A stretch of DNA of 50,059 bases from an uncultured Chthoniobacterales bacterium (GCA_937924445.1 CALDSX010000060.1:1-50059), one strand, 5' to 3'. Positions 20,164 through 30,387 are shown, numbered from the stretch's first letter. Notes: generated by a model not told the origin, from the sequence alone. Made by a program: numbers and translations.

Positions 20164-21216
20164 ATGAAAAACTTGTTGGAGAGTAATCCTTGTTTGCTGC
20201 TTCCGAGTTGCTATCTCACACGCACGGCGCCAGCGGATGGCTCGGAAGAAGTGGTTAATATGGTTGAGCACGAACTTCTCACAAGATGCGAAGAAGTTTT
20301 TGAGTATCACCTTTCAAACGCTGGCGTTTGGGCTTTTCCCATTCTCGAATGGAAAGGTCGAAAAGTGTGGGATCCGCGTTCAGGTCAGATTAGGATCAAC
20401 CCACGAGGTCCTTTTTCTCTCAGAAGATGGTTGGGTGCCTTGAGATATCCCGTGGCTCGCGCCTCGCGAGCTCTTCTGTTTATCACGCATCATTCCGCTT
20501 TCTCTGTTTACCACTGGCTGTGCGAGGCGATTCCTCGGTTGATTTTGTTGGCTGACAAGTATGGCTGGGACAGCCCGGCGATTCTCACGGAAGAAACATC
20601 ATCTATTCGATCCTTCCAGGAACGGAGCCTTTTTTGGTTGGGATTTTCGGGACCGCTGATCCGGACGAGTTTTTACCGAGGACTCAAGGTGAAACATCTT
20701 ATCACTTGCGACTTGCTCGCGCCGATTGGGCATCATCGTCCGGAGTTCATTCGGCTTGTCCGAAACCGTATTCGCCAGCATTTCGAAAGGGAGATCACAG
20801 AGCCAAAAGAATTGGTTTATATCAGTCGTTCCAAGGCCAGATGCCGGAGAACGGTCAACGAGTCGGATGTGACAAATCTTCTCCGTGCCTATGGGTTTCG
20901 GATTGTCCATCTCGAGGTTTTATCACCCGACGATCAGGTCCGATCTACATTAAATGCGAAATTGATCGTCGGAAACCATGGAGGCGGGCTTCCAGCACTT
21001 GTGTATGCGCCTCAAAACTGCCGACTTTTGGAAATAAGGTCTAAAACTGACAAGCAAAATAACTGTTATTACACGTTGGCTCATGCGCTAGGCAACGAAT
21101 ATCATCTTCTCCCTGTGGAACCGTCACAGCCTGAGCGGGGGCTAGACACCGATTACAATGTTGACATTGAGGCATTGAAGTACAAGCTCGATAAGATTCT
21201 TGCTTTCTCCTCTTGA
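20164..21216 (+). CDS. Glycosyltransferase family 61 (DUF563) protein; start uncertain (20161, 20164 or 20260)
   Basis: YHWLCEAIPRL, YISRSKARCRRTVNE, IVGNHGGGL, CYYTLA. Confidence 0.85.
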   Translation: MKNLLESNPCLLLPSCYLTRTAPADGSEEVVNMVEHELLTRCEEVFEYHLSNAGVWAFPILEWKGRKVWDPRSGQIRINPRGPFSLRRWLGALRYPVARASRALLFITHHSAFSVYHWLCEAIPRLILLADKYGWDSPAILTEETSSIRSFQERSLFWLGFSGPLIRTSFYRGLKVKHLITCDLLAPIGHHRPEFIRLVRNRIRQHFEREITEPKELVYISRSKARCRRTVNESDVTNLLRAYGFRIVHLEVLSPDDQVRSTLNAKLIVGNHGGGLPALVYAPQNCRLLEIRSKTDKQNNCYYTLAHALGNEYHLLPVEPSQPERGLDTDYNVDIEALKYKLDKILAFSS

Positions 21217-21239
21217 CTTTTTTGAGTGCTCTCCCACTT

Positions 21240-22076
21240 ATGCCGTCGCTGCGGGTGTCCATTGTAACTCCCTCATTAAACCAAGCGGGTTTTATAACTG
21301 AGACCATTGAAAGTGTGCTCAGCCAGGATTATCCGAATATTGAATATATCGTCATGGACGGGGGCTCAGCGGATGGCACACTGGCTATAATCGAAAAATA
21401 CAGCCGTCACCTGGCATACTGGGAAAGTGGCCCGGACAAGGGGCAAGCGGATGCGATCAACCGAGGGATGGCGCGGGCGACTGGAGACATTCTGGCCTAT
21501 CTCAATTCTGACGATGTGCTCGTTCCTGGGGCTGTTCAGGCTATTGTGGAGGGGTTCAGTCTTCACCCTGATGCCGGTGTTATTTATGGTGCCACGGAAA
21601 AAATAGATGAGCATGGCTGCGTGGTAAAACCACCTTTCCTTACCCCCTACTCCAAAAAGCTTCACAAAACACTTTGTCTTGTGCCCCAACCTTCCTCGTT
21701 TTACTCCCGTGCAGCATGGGAACAGCATGGCCCTTTTGACACATCCCTCCACTACGTTCTCGACTGGGATTTCCTCCTGAAGGTGGAAAAGACGTTCTCC
21801 ATTGTGGCTATTGATACCCTCATCTCGCGCTTCCGCGTCTATTCGTCCACAAAGAGTGCTTCCGGAGGATGGCCTAGACTTGAGGAAATAGCGCGGATTT
21901 CACATAAACACAACGGTTTTTGGAACTACAACTATCTCGTTTATCTGGCGCTTAGGCTTGCGGATCGTCTTGAGAAGAAAATATCTTTTAAAAGCAGGCC
22001 TTTGCGTCGGCTTGTCATGAAAGCGGCCACCACCTTACGGGATGGAAGAACTTTTATGCTGCATGATAACGCATGA
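21240..22076 (+). CDS. Glycosyltransferase, GT2 family (WfgS/WcaE-like)
   Basis: VSIVTPSLNQ, DGGSADGT, DKGQADAINRG, YLNSDD, QPSSF, DWDF. Confidence 0.93.
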   Translation: MPSLRVSIVTPSLNQAGFITETIESVLSQDYPNIEYIVMDGGSADGTLAIIEKYSRHLAYWESGPDKGQADAINRGMARATGDILAYLNSDDVLVPGAVQAIVEGFSLHPDAGVIYGATEKIDEHGCVVKPPFLTPYSKKLHKTLCLVPQPSSFYSRAAWEQHGPFDTSLHYVLDWDFLLKVEKTFSIVAIDTLISRFRVYSSTKSASGGWPRLEEIARISHKHNGFWNYNYLVYLALRLADRLEKKISFKSRPLRRLVMKAATTLRDGRTFMLHDNA

Positions 22077-23161
22077 AACAGCGAGTTGTTTTTCTCTTCC
22101 GCGGCGGTCGGGAGGAACTGCTGGCGGCAATTGCACGCGGCGAGGCCCCAAACGAGTTTCTTTACGGTTTGCCAGAGTTTGAAAAAGCGGGTTGGGAGTC
22201 CCTTTTGATTGAAGCTCGGCCTGGGTTTATCTGGTTCAAGCCGTTTCTCCATCCCTTTGAAAAGCTGTTCAGTCGTCTGTTCGGCCTGAGTTTTCCAGTA
22301 ACATTTGCGATCCAAAGTTTATGCGTGCTTCGAAAGGCCGACGCGATTGTCGCGACAACCGATGGCACAGGGCTGCCAATCATGTTTTTGAAAAAAGCTG
22401 GTTGCCTTCGCAACAGCAGGCTGGTAGTGATCTCACAAGGCCTTTACCGGATCGCAGAGGGGTTAGAGAACCAGCCCGGCGGAAAGGCTCGGCTCCGCTT
22501 TTTGCGGACCCTTTTTTCGCAAGCGGAGCGTGTTGTGGTGCTCGGCGAGGGGGATGCCGCTGTCTACAATAGCCGTTTTGGCGAAGGATGGCCGTCGGCT
22601 TCAGTTTGTTGGTTCGGCATTGACGTTAACTTCTGGACTCCCGCGCCCCGCGAAAGCCGTTTCGATGTACTCAGCGTGGGTTCGGATACGCTGCGGGATT
22701 ATGCCACATTGCTTCGGGCAATTGGGGAGCGACGCTGCCGAATTGTGACGCGGCTCTCTATTAAAGCAGAAACGATTCCGGCTCAAACAACGGTGGATGG
22801 AGACGCAAGTTGGCCGGAACTGAGAGAACTTTACCGCTCGGCTAGGTTGGTGGTTATTCCAATTAAAAATCAGCCGCGCGACTCGGGCCATAGCGCAACT
22901 CTCCAGGCGATGGCCTGCGGGCGGGCTGTTATTTTGAGCGCCACCAAAGGGTTGTGGGACGGATCCGGTCTTAAACACGGGGAAAATATTTGGCTGGTGC
23001 CGCCCGAAGATGATAACGCATTGGCGCAAGCGATAAGCCTTCTGTTGACTGACACCGCTATGAGAACGCGACTGGAAGGCAACGCAAGGACCTATGTATT
23101 AAATGGTCATACCAGCGCGGATTTTGGTCGCAGCCTTCTCCAAGTCGTGAACGCAGATTAA
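22073..23161 (+). CDS. Glycosyltransferase, GT4-like
   Basis: FGIDVNFW, VGSDTLRDY, SGHSATLQAMACG, VPPED. Confidence 0.85.
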   Translation: MKQRVVFLFRGGREELLAAIARGEAPNEFLYGLPEFEKAGWESLLIEARPGFIWFKPFLHPFEKLFSRLFGLSFPVTFAIQSLCVLRKADAIVATTDGTGLPIMFLKKAGCLRNSRLVVISQGLYRIAEGLENQPGGKARLRFLRTLFSQAERVVVLGEGDAAVYNSRFGEGWPSASVCWFGIDVNFWTPAPRESRFDVLSVGSDTLRDYATLLRAIGERRCRIVTRLSIKAETIPAQTTVDGDASWPELRELYRSARLVVIPIKNQPRDSGHSATLQAMACGRAVILSATKGLWDGSGLKHGENIWLVPPEDDNALAQAISLLLTDTAMRTRLEGNARTYVLNGHTSADFGRSLLQVVNAD

Positions 23162-24076
23162 ATGAAACTCTCTATTCTCTCGCCGGTTTACCATCGTTAC
23201 CGATGGCTCGCACCGTTTATGGCGGAGTTGCTTGAGCGTTTCTGGCCGGACCATCCCCCGCTTTATTTCTGCGGCTTGACTGCTGAAGAGGCGGAAGGCC
23301 TTCCTCTTGCGGCCGAGCGCCCTGAAGGCAGGCAGTCATGGTCGGAGTTTGTGCTGCCCGGAGTCGTCTGGCTTCGGCAACAAAACTTCGACTTATGCTA
23401 CCTTTTGCTTGAGGAGCATCTGCCTTGGGCTCCTTGCAACACAACGTTTCTCAACGAAGAACTCCCACAACTCATGGAGAAGCTCGACGGCGTTTATACT
23501 AGTCTAATGGGATGGGACAACCGGCGCTACCTGATCCGAGGGACATTTGTCAATGGAAAATCGTCTGGGCTTCTTCGTCTGGACACGAGGGAGGCGCCAC
23601 GCTTTCACCTGCACCCGGCGTGGTGGCGTCTTGACGTGCTTGAGGTCTGTCTGCGCAACGCGATATCGCAAGGCGAAGGAACCGCATGGTCTTTCGAGAA
23701 AATCAACGAACACTTTGCGGCACCTATCCCCGAAGAATGGAAGAAGCGCGGGTGCTTTCAGATCGAAGGAGGGGCAACGGCCTTGCACCGTCGAAGTCCG
23801 CTCGCTGGGGATGCTTACTTGATTACTTGCGCATTTTTCCGTCTGCTCATGCGACTCTATCCGCTCTTTGCTCAGGTCGGTCTCGGGGGTTGGTATTGGA
23901 GCGCAGTCGGCTTTGATAATTTTTTCTATAAGGGCCCTTACCCGATGTTTTATTCCGGTGTCATGGCAAAGGGCGCTCTAAACTGGTATTGGTCACGGTG
24001 GATCAAAAAACGCCATGAATTAAACTCCATTGCCTCAAAAATCGTCCAAAAATATAAAGAATTTACATCCACCTAG
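23162..24076 (+). CDS. Hypothetical protein, possibly a GT-A-like glycosyltransferase
   Basis: Abuts the upstream gene; GT2-like start (LSILSPVY), YLLLEEH and AWSFE; the function is inferred from context. Confidence 0.55.
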   Translation: MKLSILSPVYHRYRWLAPFMAELLERFWPDHPPLYFCGLTAEEAEGLPLAAERPEGRQSWSEFVLPGVVWLRQQNFDLCYLLLEEHLPWAPCNTTFLNEELPQLMEKLDGVYTSLMGWDNRRYLIRGTFVNGKSSGLLRLDTREAPRFHLHPAWWRLDVLEVCLRNAISQGEGTAWSFEKINEHFAAPIPEEWKKRGCFQIEGGATALHRRSPLAGDAYLITCAFFRLLMRLYPLFAQVGLGGWYWSAVGFDNFFYKGPYPMFYSGVMAKGALNWYWSRWIKKRHELNSIASKIVQKYKEFTST

Positions 24077-24196
24077 CGGCAGTCTTTAAAGCCAAGGGTA
24101 GCCTTGAGCCGCTTACACAAAGAAATATCTCTTCTATTTATAACTGTGTTTTTCCGCTTCATCAACCAGCTGAGGTCTTTTCTGAAAAAGATTCTA

Positions 24197-24889
24197 ATGA
24201 AGATTGCGTCGCGCGTCCTGAGCTATTGCCTTTCGCGGCGCGTCCCTTCAACCTTTTTTGAGTGGGCCGCTCTGTTTCGAAGACCAAGTTTTTCACAGTT
24301 GGGCGAGGACGGTATCCTTCAAGCAATTGTTAAATTATGCCCCAACATTCCGAAAAACTATGTGGATGTGGGGGCAAACCACCCTGCGAAGTTTTCCAAT
24401 TCTTTTCTTTTCTATATTCGCGGATTGAGAGGTGTAACCATTGAGCCGAATCCCGCTCTTGTCGAGTTGCACCGGGTTCTTCGCCCGGAGGATACACAAG
24501 TTTGCGCGGCGGTATCAGACAATTCCCGGGATGTGGACTTTTTGTTTGCAAATACCGACGAAATTTCAGCGATCGTTGGCTCGGAGAAGAGAACATCTCT
24601 GCCCGATGGGAGGATTGTCCGAATGCGCACGGAAACTCTGAAGGAGATTCTCGATCGTGTGTGGCCACAACCTTTTGAGATTGGGTTCCTAATGGTGGAC
24701 TGCGAAGGCCATGATTTATTTGTCTTGCGCAGTCACGATTGGGAGCGACGCCAACCGTGGGTTGTCGTTGTTGAAGACGTAACGGGTGAAACTTCCGATT
24801 TTTTGAAGTCGAAAGGCTATTTCCTCGTGGCGACGTGTGAGATTTCACACATTTATGCCTTGAGGGAAAAGGTTCCCTCGCCGGTCTAA
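24197..24889 (+). CDS. FkbM-family SAM methyltransferase (start uncertain; ORF open from 24104)
   Basis: FSQLGED, YVDVGANHP...SNS, IEPNP, VDCEGHD. Confidence 0.9.
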   Translation: MKIASRVLSYCLSRRVPSTFFEWAALFRRPSFSQLGEDGILQAIVKLCPNIPKNYVDVGANHPAKFSNSFLFYIRGLRGVTIEPNPALVELHRVLRPEDTQVCAAVSDNSRDVDFLFANTDEISAIVGSEKRTSLPDGRIVRMRTETLKEILDRVWPQPFEIGFLMVDCEGHDLFVLRSHDWERRQPWVVVVEDVTGETSDFLKSKGYFLVATCEISHIYALREKVPSPV

Positions 24890-24904
24890 CAGTTTTTTTG
24901 TTTC

Positions 24905-25750
24905 ATGCCCGCATTTTCGGAAATGTCCAAGCAACAAAGCTCTTCTTTTCTCCAGGAGCCAGACAAAGAACTCGCTGAGCAAGTTTCCCTTTTCGGTAAT
25001 TTGCTGGGGCTAAAGGAGGAAGGAGGAATTTTTCGGGCGGCTAATTTTGAGCGGGCTTTGGTTCTGGATAGGATTGTGAAGAACAAACGTCCGCAGCGAG
25101 TGCTTGAGATTGGAACAGGGCGCGGCTTCGGGTGTTTCATTATTTCCGCTGCAGCTGTCAAATATGGACTGGATCTCCACATTGTAACCCTAGACATGCT
25201 CAGCCCTGAGACGAAGCAACGCTGGCCGATCCGTAGGGATGGCAAAGAGGAGGTTGCGACTCTCTCCCGCTCCGATGTGTGGAGCCGCCCCGAACTGGAC
25301 GGGTTGCAGGGCCGTATCGAGGAGCGGACAGGAAAAACCACACGGCTCCTGCCGAAAAGTTTCCGCAGAGGCGAGCGGTTTGATTTCATATTTATTGACG
25401 CAGGGCATGATCTTTTTGCCGTGTTCCATGATCTTGCGTGGGCAACCCTGCTTCTGGCTGACCGCGGTTGCGTTCTGATGGATGACTTTGCGCCGATGGA
25501 GGATTTCGGGCTCGGCACCTGCATTGCAGTAACCCACGCGCGACGTTTGTTCCACAAAGTTGAGGTGTTTCAAACAGACGGGGTCGTTTTTGGAAGTGGG
25601 CCAGAGTCCGGAGGGCGAGGCATGGTCTTTCTTGAAGGTCCGAAAGTGTTGGGAGGACAGATTTCCCAGTTGCGTTTGTTTGCTGTGGCGCTGGTTTCGA
25701 AACTTCTTGATCTCGCTTTCAGCCCCAGGCTCTTTCCGCTTGCCCGATGA
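24905..25750 (+). CDS. Class I SAM-dependent methyltransferase (Methyltransf_24-like)
   Basis: VLEIGTGRG, FDFIFIDAGH, VLMDDF. Confidence 0.87.
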   Translation: MPAFSEMSKQQSSSFLQEPDKELAEQVSLFGNLLGLKEEGGIFRAANFERALVLDRIVKNKRPQRVLEIGTGRGFGCFIISAAAVKYGLDLHIVTLDMLSPETKQRWPIRRDGKEEVATLSRSDVWSRPELDGLQGRIEERTGKTTRLLPKSFRRGERFDFIFIDAGHDLFAVFHDLAWATLLLADRGCVLMDDFAPMEDFGLGTCIAVTHARRLFHKVEVFQTDGVVFGSGPESGGRGMVFLEGPKVLGGQISQLRLFAVALVSKLLDLAFSPRLFPLAR

Positions 25751-26658
25751 GCGCTGAGCCGAAACGTCTACTGCCAAAGCCCGTCAAGGCAGCGGGAGTC
25801 TGGTTCCTTCGCGACATTGTTGGAGGTCTTGTCACCGGCCTCCACCGTCCCGACCAGAAATGGCAAGGGCCCGTGTCCGTTCATTTGCTAATGTCAGGCA
25901 CAACGCGAAAAATGGGTCTGATGGCGCTGAAGAGTTTCGAATGGGCCACAGAGCAGCGGTGGGAAACGTTCATCCATGATGACGGCACTATGACGGCAGC
26001 GGATTTTGATGCGGTCTGCCGGGTGGTTCCGGAGGCATATATTGTACCACGAAACGAGGCGGACGCGCGGATGAGCGATGCGCTTGCGCCCTATCCAGTG
26101 GCTGCATCGAATCGTAAGAGACATCCCTGGTTTTTGAAGTTTCTGGATTGCGCAGTTTTTGCCCCTCACGACGATTATATTGTGCTGGACACGGATGTGA
26201 TTTTTTATCGGCGACCGGTTGAGATTATTGAGTGGGCCTCCGCGCGTCCGGGATCGTGTCATTTTATGAAGGACCTTAGGGAGACTTACTGTTCACCACG
26301 CGAAATGATCAAGGAAAAAACCGGGCTCGATTTGTGGGAGTCTGTAAATTCAGGAATTTGTCTGATGCCCAAGCGGGCGGTGCATTTTGAACTGGCGGAG
26401 GACTTTCTTAAGATTTTCGAGAACGACTCGAGACATTATATTTTTCTCGAGCAAACCCTTTTTGCCGTTGCCGGTTCCTCTCACGGTAAAGGGGGAACGC
26501 TACCAACCACCTATGAGATAAGCTGGGAGATTTTCCGCCGCAAAAACGCCACCGCCCGTCATTATGTAGGCATTATCAAACACGACCTGCTTTATTTTGA
26601 GGCCGGCGTCGGCCTGCTGGTTGGTCGCTTATCCTGCAAGAACAACGGTTCGCAATAA
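25747..26658 (+). CDS. Putative GT-A-fold glycosyltransferase
   Basis: IHDDGT, VLDTDVIF (DxD), VNSGI, EQT and HY motifs reminiscent of GT8-like enzymes. Confidence 0.65.
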   Translation: MSAEPKRLLPKPVKAAGVWFLRDIVGGLVTGLHRPDQKWQGPVSVHLLMSGTTRKMGLMALKSFEWATEQRWETFIHDDGTMTAADFDAVCRVVPEAYIVPRNEADARMSDALAPYPVAASNRKRHPWFLKFLDCAVFAPHDDYIVLDTDVIFYRRPVEIIEWASARPGSCHFMKDLRETYCSPREMIKEKTGLDLWESVNSGICLMPKRAVHFELAEDFLKIFENDSRHYIFLEQTLFAVAGSSHGKGGTLPTTYEISWEIFRRKNATARHYVGIIKHDLLYFEAGVGLLVGRLSCKNNGSQ

Positions 26659-26671
26659 TTCCAACCGCACA

Positions 26672-27478
26672 ATGAAAACGTTCCTGAAAAATCTTGCCAC
26701 AGTCCTGCCTCACCCGCGTTTTTTTGTAAAAAGTCTCCTTCACCGTTTCACTCCGGGAGGGTATGGCTACTACAGGAAGCTGCGACAGCGCAGGGATGCC
26801 GGATATGTGCATGACCGCGACAAACACCCGGTGCGTCGCAAACATCACGGCGGAAGTGGCTGGAAGGAACAGCGTGACGGCAGAGGGATTCGCACTCGCG
26901 ATTACGCAGACTACGAGGAGTATTTGACCCACCAGAAACTCAAGCTGGAGGAGATGCTGAAGATGAAAGGCGGGTTTAGCAATGAGGACATTTTCAATTT
27001 TCGACTGCGTTTTTTCCGCCGTTTCCGCCATTTACCCGGGCTTCTGCGACAGGATGCTGTGGCGCTTTGCGCCGGCGCCCGTCAAGGAACAGAGGTGGAG
27101 GTGCTACGAGATCTTGGCTTCCGCAACGCGGTGGGAATCGATCTTAATCCCGGGGAGGGAAATCCCTGGGTGCAAACGGGCGACTTCATGCACTTGGACT
27201 ATGCTGATAACTCAATAGATTTCTTTTACACCAACTGCGTGGACCACGCCTTTGATCTCGAGGCGTTTTTCAGGGAACACGCGCGGGTCTTAAAGCCTGA
27301 AGGGCTCGCAATCTATGACATCGCCTCGAACATGGAGGAGGGCGGTGGCGCTTTTGAGGCGGTGGATTGGGAACGAACGGAGGATGTGTTTGGGCTTCTT
27401 CTCAAACACTTTGACCAACTCCTCCGTGTGGAGCGCGACGGCCCATGGATGTGGATTCTCGTCAAGGGCAAGCGGTGA
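26672..27478 (+). CDS. Class I SAM-dependent methyltransferase (Methyltransf_11-like)
   Basis: LCAGARQGTEV, AVGIDL, GDFM, DHA, RVLKPEG; start set at MKTFLK (26672). Confidence 0.85.
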   Translation: MKTFLKNLATVLPHPRFFVKSLLHRFTPGGYGYYRKLRQRRDAGYVHDRDKHPVRRKHHGGSGWKEQRDGRGIRTRDYADYEEYLTHQKLKLEEMLKMKGGFSNEDIFNFRLRFFRRFRHLPGLLRQDAVALCAGARQGTEVEVLRDLGFRNAVGIDLNPGEGNPWVQTGDFMHLDYADNSIDFFYTNCVDHAFDLEAFFREHARVLKPEGLAIYDIASNMEEGGGAFEAVDWERTEDVFGLLLKHFDQLLRVERDGPWMWILVKGKR

Positions 27479-28287
27479 AAGCGCCTCTGACGATCACCGG
27501 TATTGTGCTCTGCCGGAATGAGGATTTGCATCTTGCATGGTCTGTCCGCAGCATTGTAGGGTTTTGCGACCGTATAATTCTGGCCGACCACGGTTCGACA
27601 GATGGCACCTGGGCAGTTGCCAAAACTCTTGCACAGGAAATTCCCGCTCTGGAAATCCACCGTATTGGGCATCCGCGTGAGTCTCACTGGCTGATCCGTG
27701 GGTTAGCAGGGTCAAACACCTGGGTGTTTGGGGTAGATGGTGACGAGATTTATGATCCCGCGGGACTAGCACGTTTCCGTTCCCGTGTTGCGGCCGGGGA
27801 GTTTTCAGACTGCTGGATGGTGCTTGGGAATAGTCTGAATTGTATGTCGTTTGATAGCGCCTCCGGGCGCGCTACCGGGTATCTAGCGCCACCCTGCCGG
27901 AGCGTGACAAAATTGTATAACTTTGCGGCAATCGACTCATGGGATGGGGAGGACATCAAGGAAAGACTGCACGGAGGCAACGTGCGGTTTCGAGACGGCT
28001 ACCATGCCGGAGCGCGTTTGAACCTTCATGAACAGGTGGGATGGGATGAGGCAGATTTGCGGTGTTTGCATCTTTGTTTTCTTCGGCGGAGTTCGCTGGA
28101 GAAGCCTCACGCTGGCCCAAGAGAAAATATCATGGAACGGTATCCGACGGGGGTGCGGGGGCTTTTGAAACGGTGGCTAGGGATGCTATTGCCTCAGCCG
28201 CGTGTGTCGAATTGGAAGCGGTCGCGCTATATGAGGGGTGCGCTGGTTGAAAAAAACATTCGGTCTTTTCTTTCGAGTTTGTCATGA
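27475..28287 (+). CDS. Glycosyltransferase, GT2 family
   Basis: IVLCRNED, DHGSTDGT, WVFGVDGDE; GTG at 27475 overlaps the upstream stop. Confidence 0.87.
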   Translation: MKAPLTITGIVLCRNEDLHLAWSVRSIVGFCDRIILADHGSTDGTWAVAKTLAQEIPALEIHRIGHPRESHWLIRGLAGSNTWVFGVDGDEIYDPAGLARFRSRVAAGEFSDCWMVLGNSLNCMSFDSASGRATGYLAPPCRSVTKLYNFAAIDSWDGEDIKERLHGGNVRFRDGYHAGARLNLHEQVGWDEADLRCLHLCFLRRSSLEKPHAGPRENIMERYPTGVRGLLKRWLGMLLPQPRVSNWKRSRYMRGALVEKNIRSFLSSLS

Positions 28288-29255
28288 GTGGGGCGAGAAA
28301 AGAGCGACTGACGATTGCGTTCAACATGCGTCCCCGCCGGGGGCCCTGGGGTGGTGGCAACCAGTGGGTTCGTCTGATGATAGATGTGCTACGCTGGCAC
28401 GGGTGGCGGGTAGTGTTCTGCCTAGATGAACGTGTGGACTGTGTGTTCTACACTCATGCGGGTCTTTCAGGTGAACTGTCGTTTGGAGTCGAAGACGTTT
28501 CGGAGGCAAAGCGCCGCAATTCGCGTCTCCGGTGTGTGCACCGGATTAATGACAATGACATCCGCAAGGGGACCGAGGAAATGGACAGTCTGCTTGCCAG
28601 AACCGACGCAGTTGCCGACGCAACAGTTTTTGTCTCGGAGTGGCTGCGGGATTATCACGCAGCGCGCTGGTTTAAGATGAAGCGGCCGCATCGGGTAATA
28701 CGGCCTGGGGCTGATCCACGCGTGTTTCATCCTTTTGGAGTAACGGCACCTCAGAATGGACCGGTGCGGATAGTGACGCATCATTGGTCGGATAACATGG
28801 CGAAGGGTTTTGATGTTTACTCCCAGATTGATGAGTTGATTTCGAATGGAAAACTAGCTGGCCATGAGTTTTGGGTAATCGGGCGATGGCCAAAAACAAT
28901 CAAATGGAAGACAGCGAGGACTTTTTCTCCGTGCTCGGGCATTCGGCTAGCACGGCTGCTAAAAGCGTGCCATATTTATGTGAGCGCATCGCGGTATGAA
29001 CCGGGAGCCATGCATGTGGCTGAGGGATTGCAGTGTGGCTTGCCTCTTCTCTACACGCGCGACACCGGTGGGACGGCGGAACAGGGAGAGCAGTTTGGGG
29101 TGTTGTTGGGTGATGACATTGCGGGGGCTGTGGAAGAGATCACGCAACGGCGGTCGGAACTGAGGACGAGAATTTTCCAGGAAGGTCCCTGCGGTTTGCG
29201 AATGTGCCGGGAGTATATTGAGCTGGTCAAATGGCTTGTGGCGCGTGATGAGTAA
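28284..29255 (+). CDS. Glycosyltransferase, GT4-like
   Basis: PWGGGNQW, VFVSEW, ASRYEPGAMHVAEGLQCGLP. Confidence 0.82.
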   Translation: MSGARKERLTIAFNMRPRRGPWGGGNQWVRLMIDVLRWHGWRVVFCLDERVDCVFYTHAGLSGELSFGVEDVSEAKRRNSRLRCVHRINDNDIRKGTEEMDSLLARTDAVADATVFVSEWLRDYHAARWFKMKRPHRVIRPGADPRVFHPFGVTAPQNGPVRIVTHHWSDNMAKGFDVYSQIDELISNGKLAGHEFWVIGRWPKTIKWKTARTFSPCSGIRLARLLKACHIYVSASRYEPGAMHVAEGLQCGLPLLYTRDTGGTAEQGEQFGVLLGDDIAGAVEEITQRRSELRTRIFQEGPCGLRMCREYIELVKWLVARDE

Positions 29256-30387
29256 GCCGCGGCAAATTCTATTCATCAAAGAGGGGTCGTTCTCGCAACA
29301 GAATCCTTTTGTGGAAGATTTTTTGCGGCGCCATTTTCCTTCTTGTGAATTGCGTGTCGTGGATATCTGGAGGGATGTGTTGTGCGAGAGCCCGTTTGCT
29401 CTGTTGGCCACAATGGCTGAGGCGCTTTTAAGTCACCCAAAGAGCACGCTTGGGAAAATGCAAAGTCCGCGGATTTATGCGTCGCGAACGCGTGCAGCGT
29501 GGAAGCGCCTGAAAAAATGGCGAGCCGATATGAGCTGGCAGCCTGTTTTTAGTATTCAAACCCAATCGCTTTTTGACGCATCTCATCCAGGTGTGCCACA
29601 CTTCGTTTATACCGACCACACCTACAAGGCGAACTTTCGGTATGAAGTTCGCACGTTTGTGCCGGAGGCTCCCATGGACTGGGTTGAGCGAGAGCGAGCC
29701 ATTTATGCAAACGCGAGATGCTGTCTTCTGACGAGTTCGTTCTGCCGCAATTCAATCGTTGAAGATTACTCTATTCCGCTTGAAAACACGGCGGTTGTGT
29801 ATTGCGGAGCGAATGCCTGCCAGCCTGTGACAAACGTCCGGTTGCAACGAAAAAACGGCGGCATAGTGAAAGTGCTTTTTGTGGGCCTTGAGTGGAAACG
29901 CAAGGGCGGGCCGGAGTTAGTTGAAGCGGTGAAGATTCTGCGGAGGCGTCACGTCGCTGTCGAGCTTCATGTGGCGGGTGTCAGCGAGAGAGAGGCGGGC
30001 GGAGCGCCGGAAGGTTGCTTTTTTCACGGTCGTGTGGGGCTCGACAGAGTGCGGGGTTTGCTTGCGGCGAGCGATATTTTTTGTCTCCCCAGTCGGCGAG
30101 AGCCCTCCGCGGTTGTTCTTTCTGAAGCGTTGGTGAGTGGTCTGCCAATTGTTGCGACGCGTGTGGGTGGAACGCCGGACCGCGTCGTGGATGGAAAGAA
30201 CGGTTTCCTCGTGCCGCCGTGCGATCCTAGCGTGCTTGCGGAAGCGATCGAGCGTCTGGCCGGCGATGCAGGGTTGAGGCAGCGGATGGGCAACGCATCC
30301 GAAACACTGGGCCGACGGCATTTTACTTGGGAGGCAGTCGGCGCAAAGGTGGCCGAAGAGATAAGGAAACGCGTCAACAGCTTGTGA
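29248..30387 (+). CDS. Glycosyltransferase, GT4 family
   Basis: LFVGLEWKRKGG, FCLPSRREPSAVVLSEA, VDGKNGFLVPP, FTWE; start set at MSKPRQ. Confidence 0.92.
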   Translation: MSKPRQILFIKEGSFSQQNPFVEDFLRRHFPSCELRVVDIWRDVLCESPFALLATMAEALLSHPKSTLGKMQSPRIYASRTRAAWKRLKKWRADMSWQPVFSIQTQSLFDASHPGVPHFVYTDHTYKANFRYEVRTFVPEAPMDWVERERAIYANARCCLLTSSFCRNSIVEDYSIPLENTAVVYCGANACQPVTNVRLQRKNGGIVKVLFVGLEWKRKGGPELVEAVKILRRRHVAVELHVAGVSEREAGGAPEGCFFHGRVGLDRVRGLLAASDIFCLPSRREPSAVVLSEALVSGLPIVATRVGGTPDRVVDGKNGFLVPPCDPSVLAEAIERLAGDAGLRQRMGNASETLGRRHFTWEAVGAKVAEEIRKRVNSL

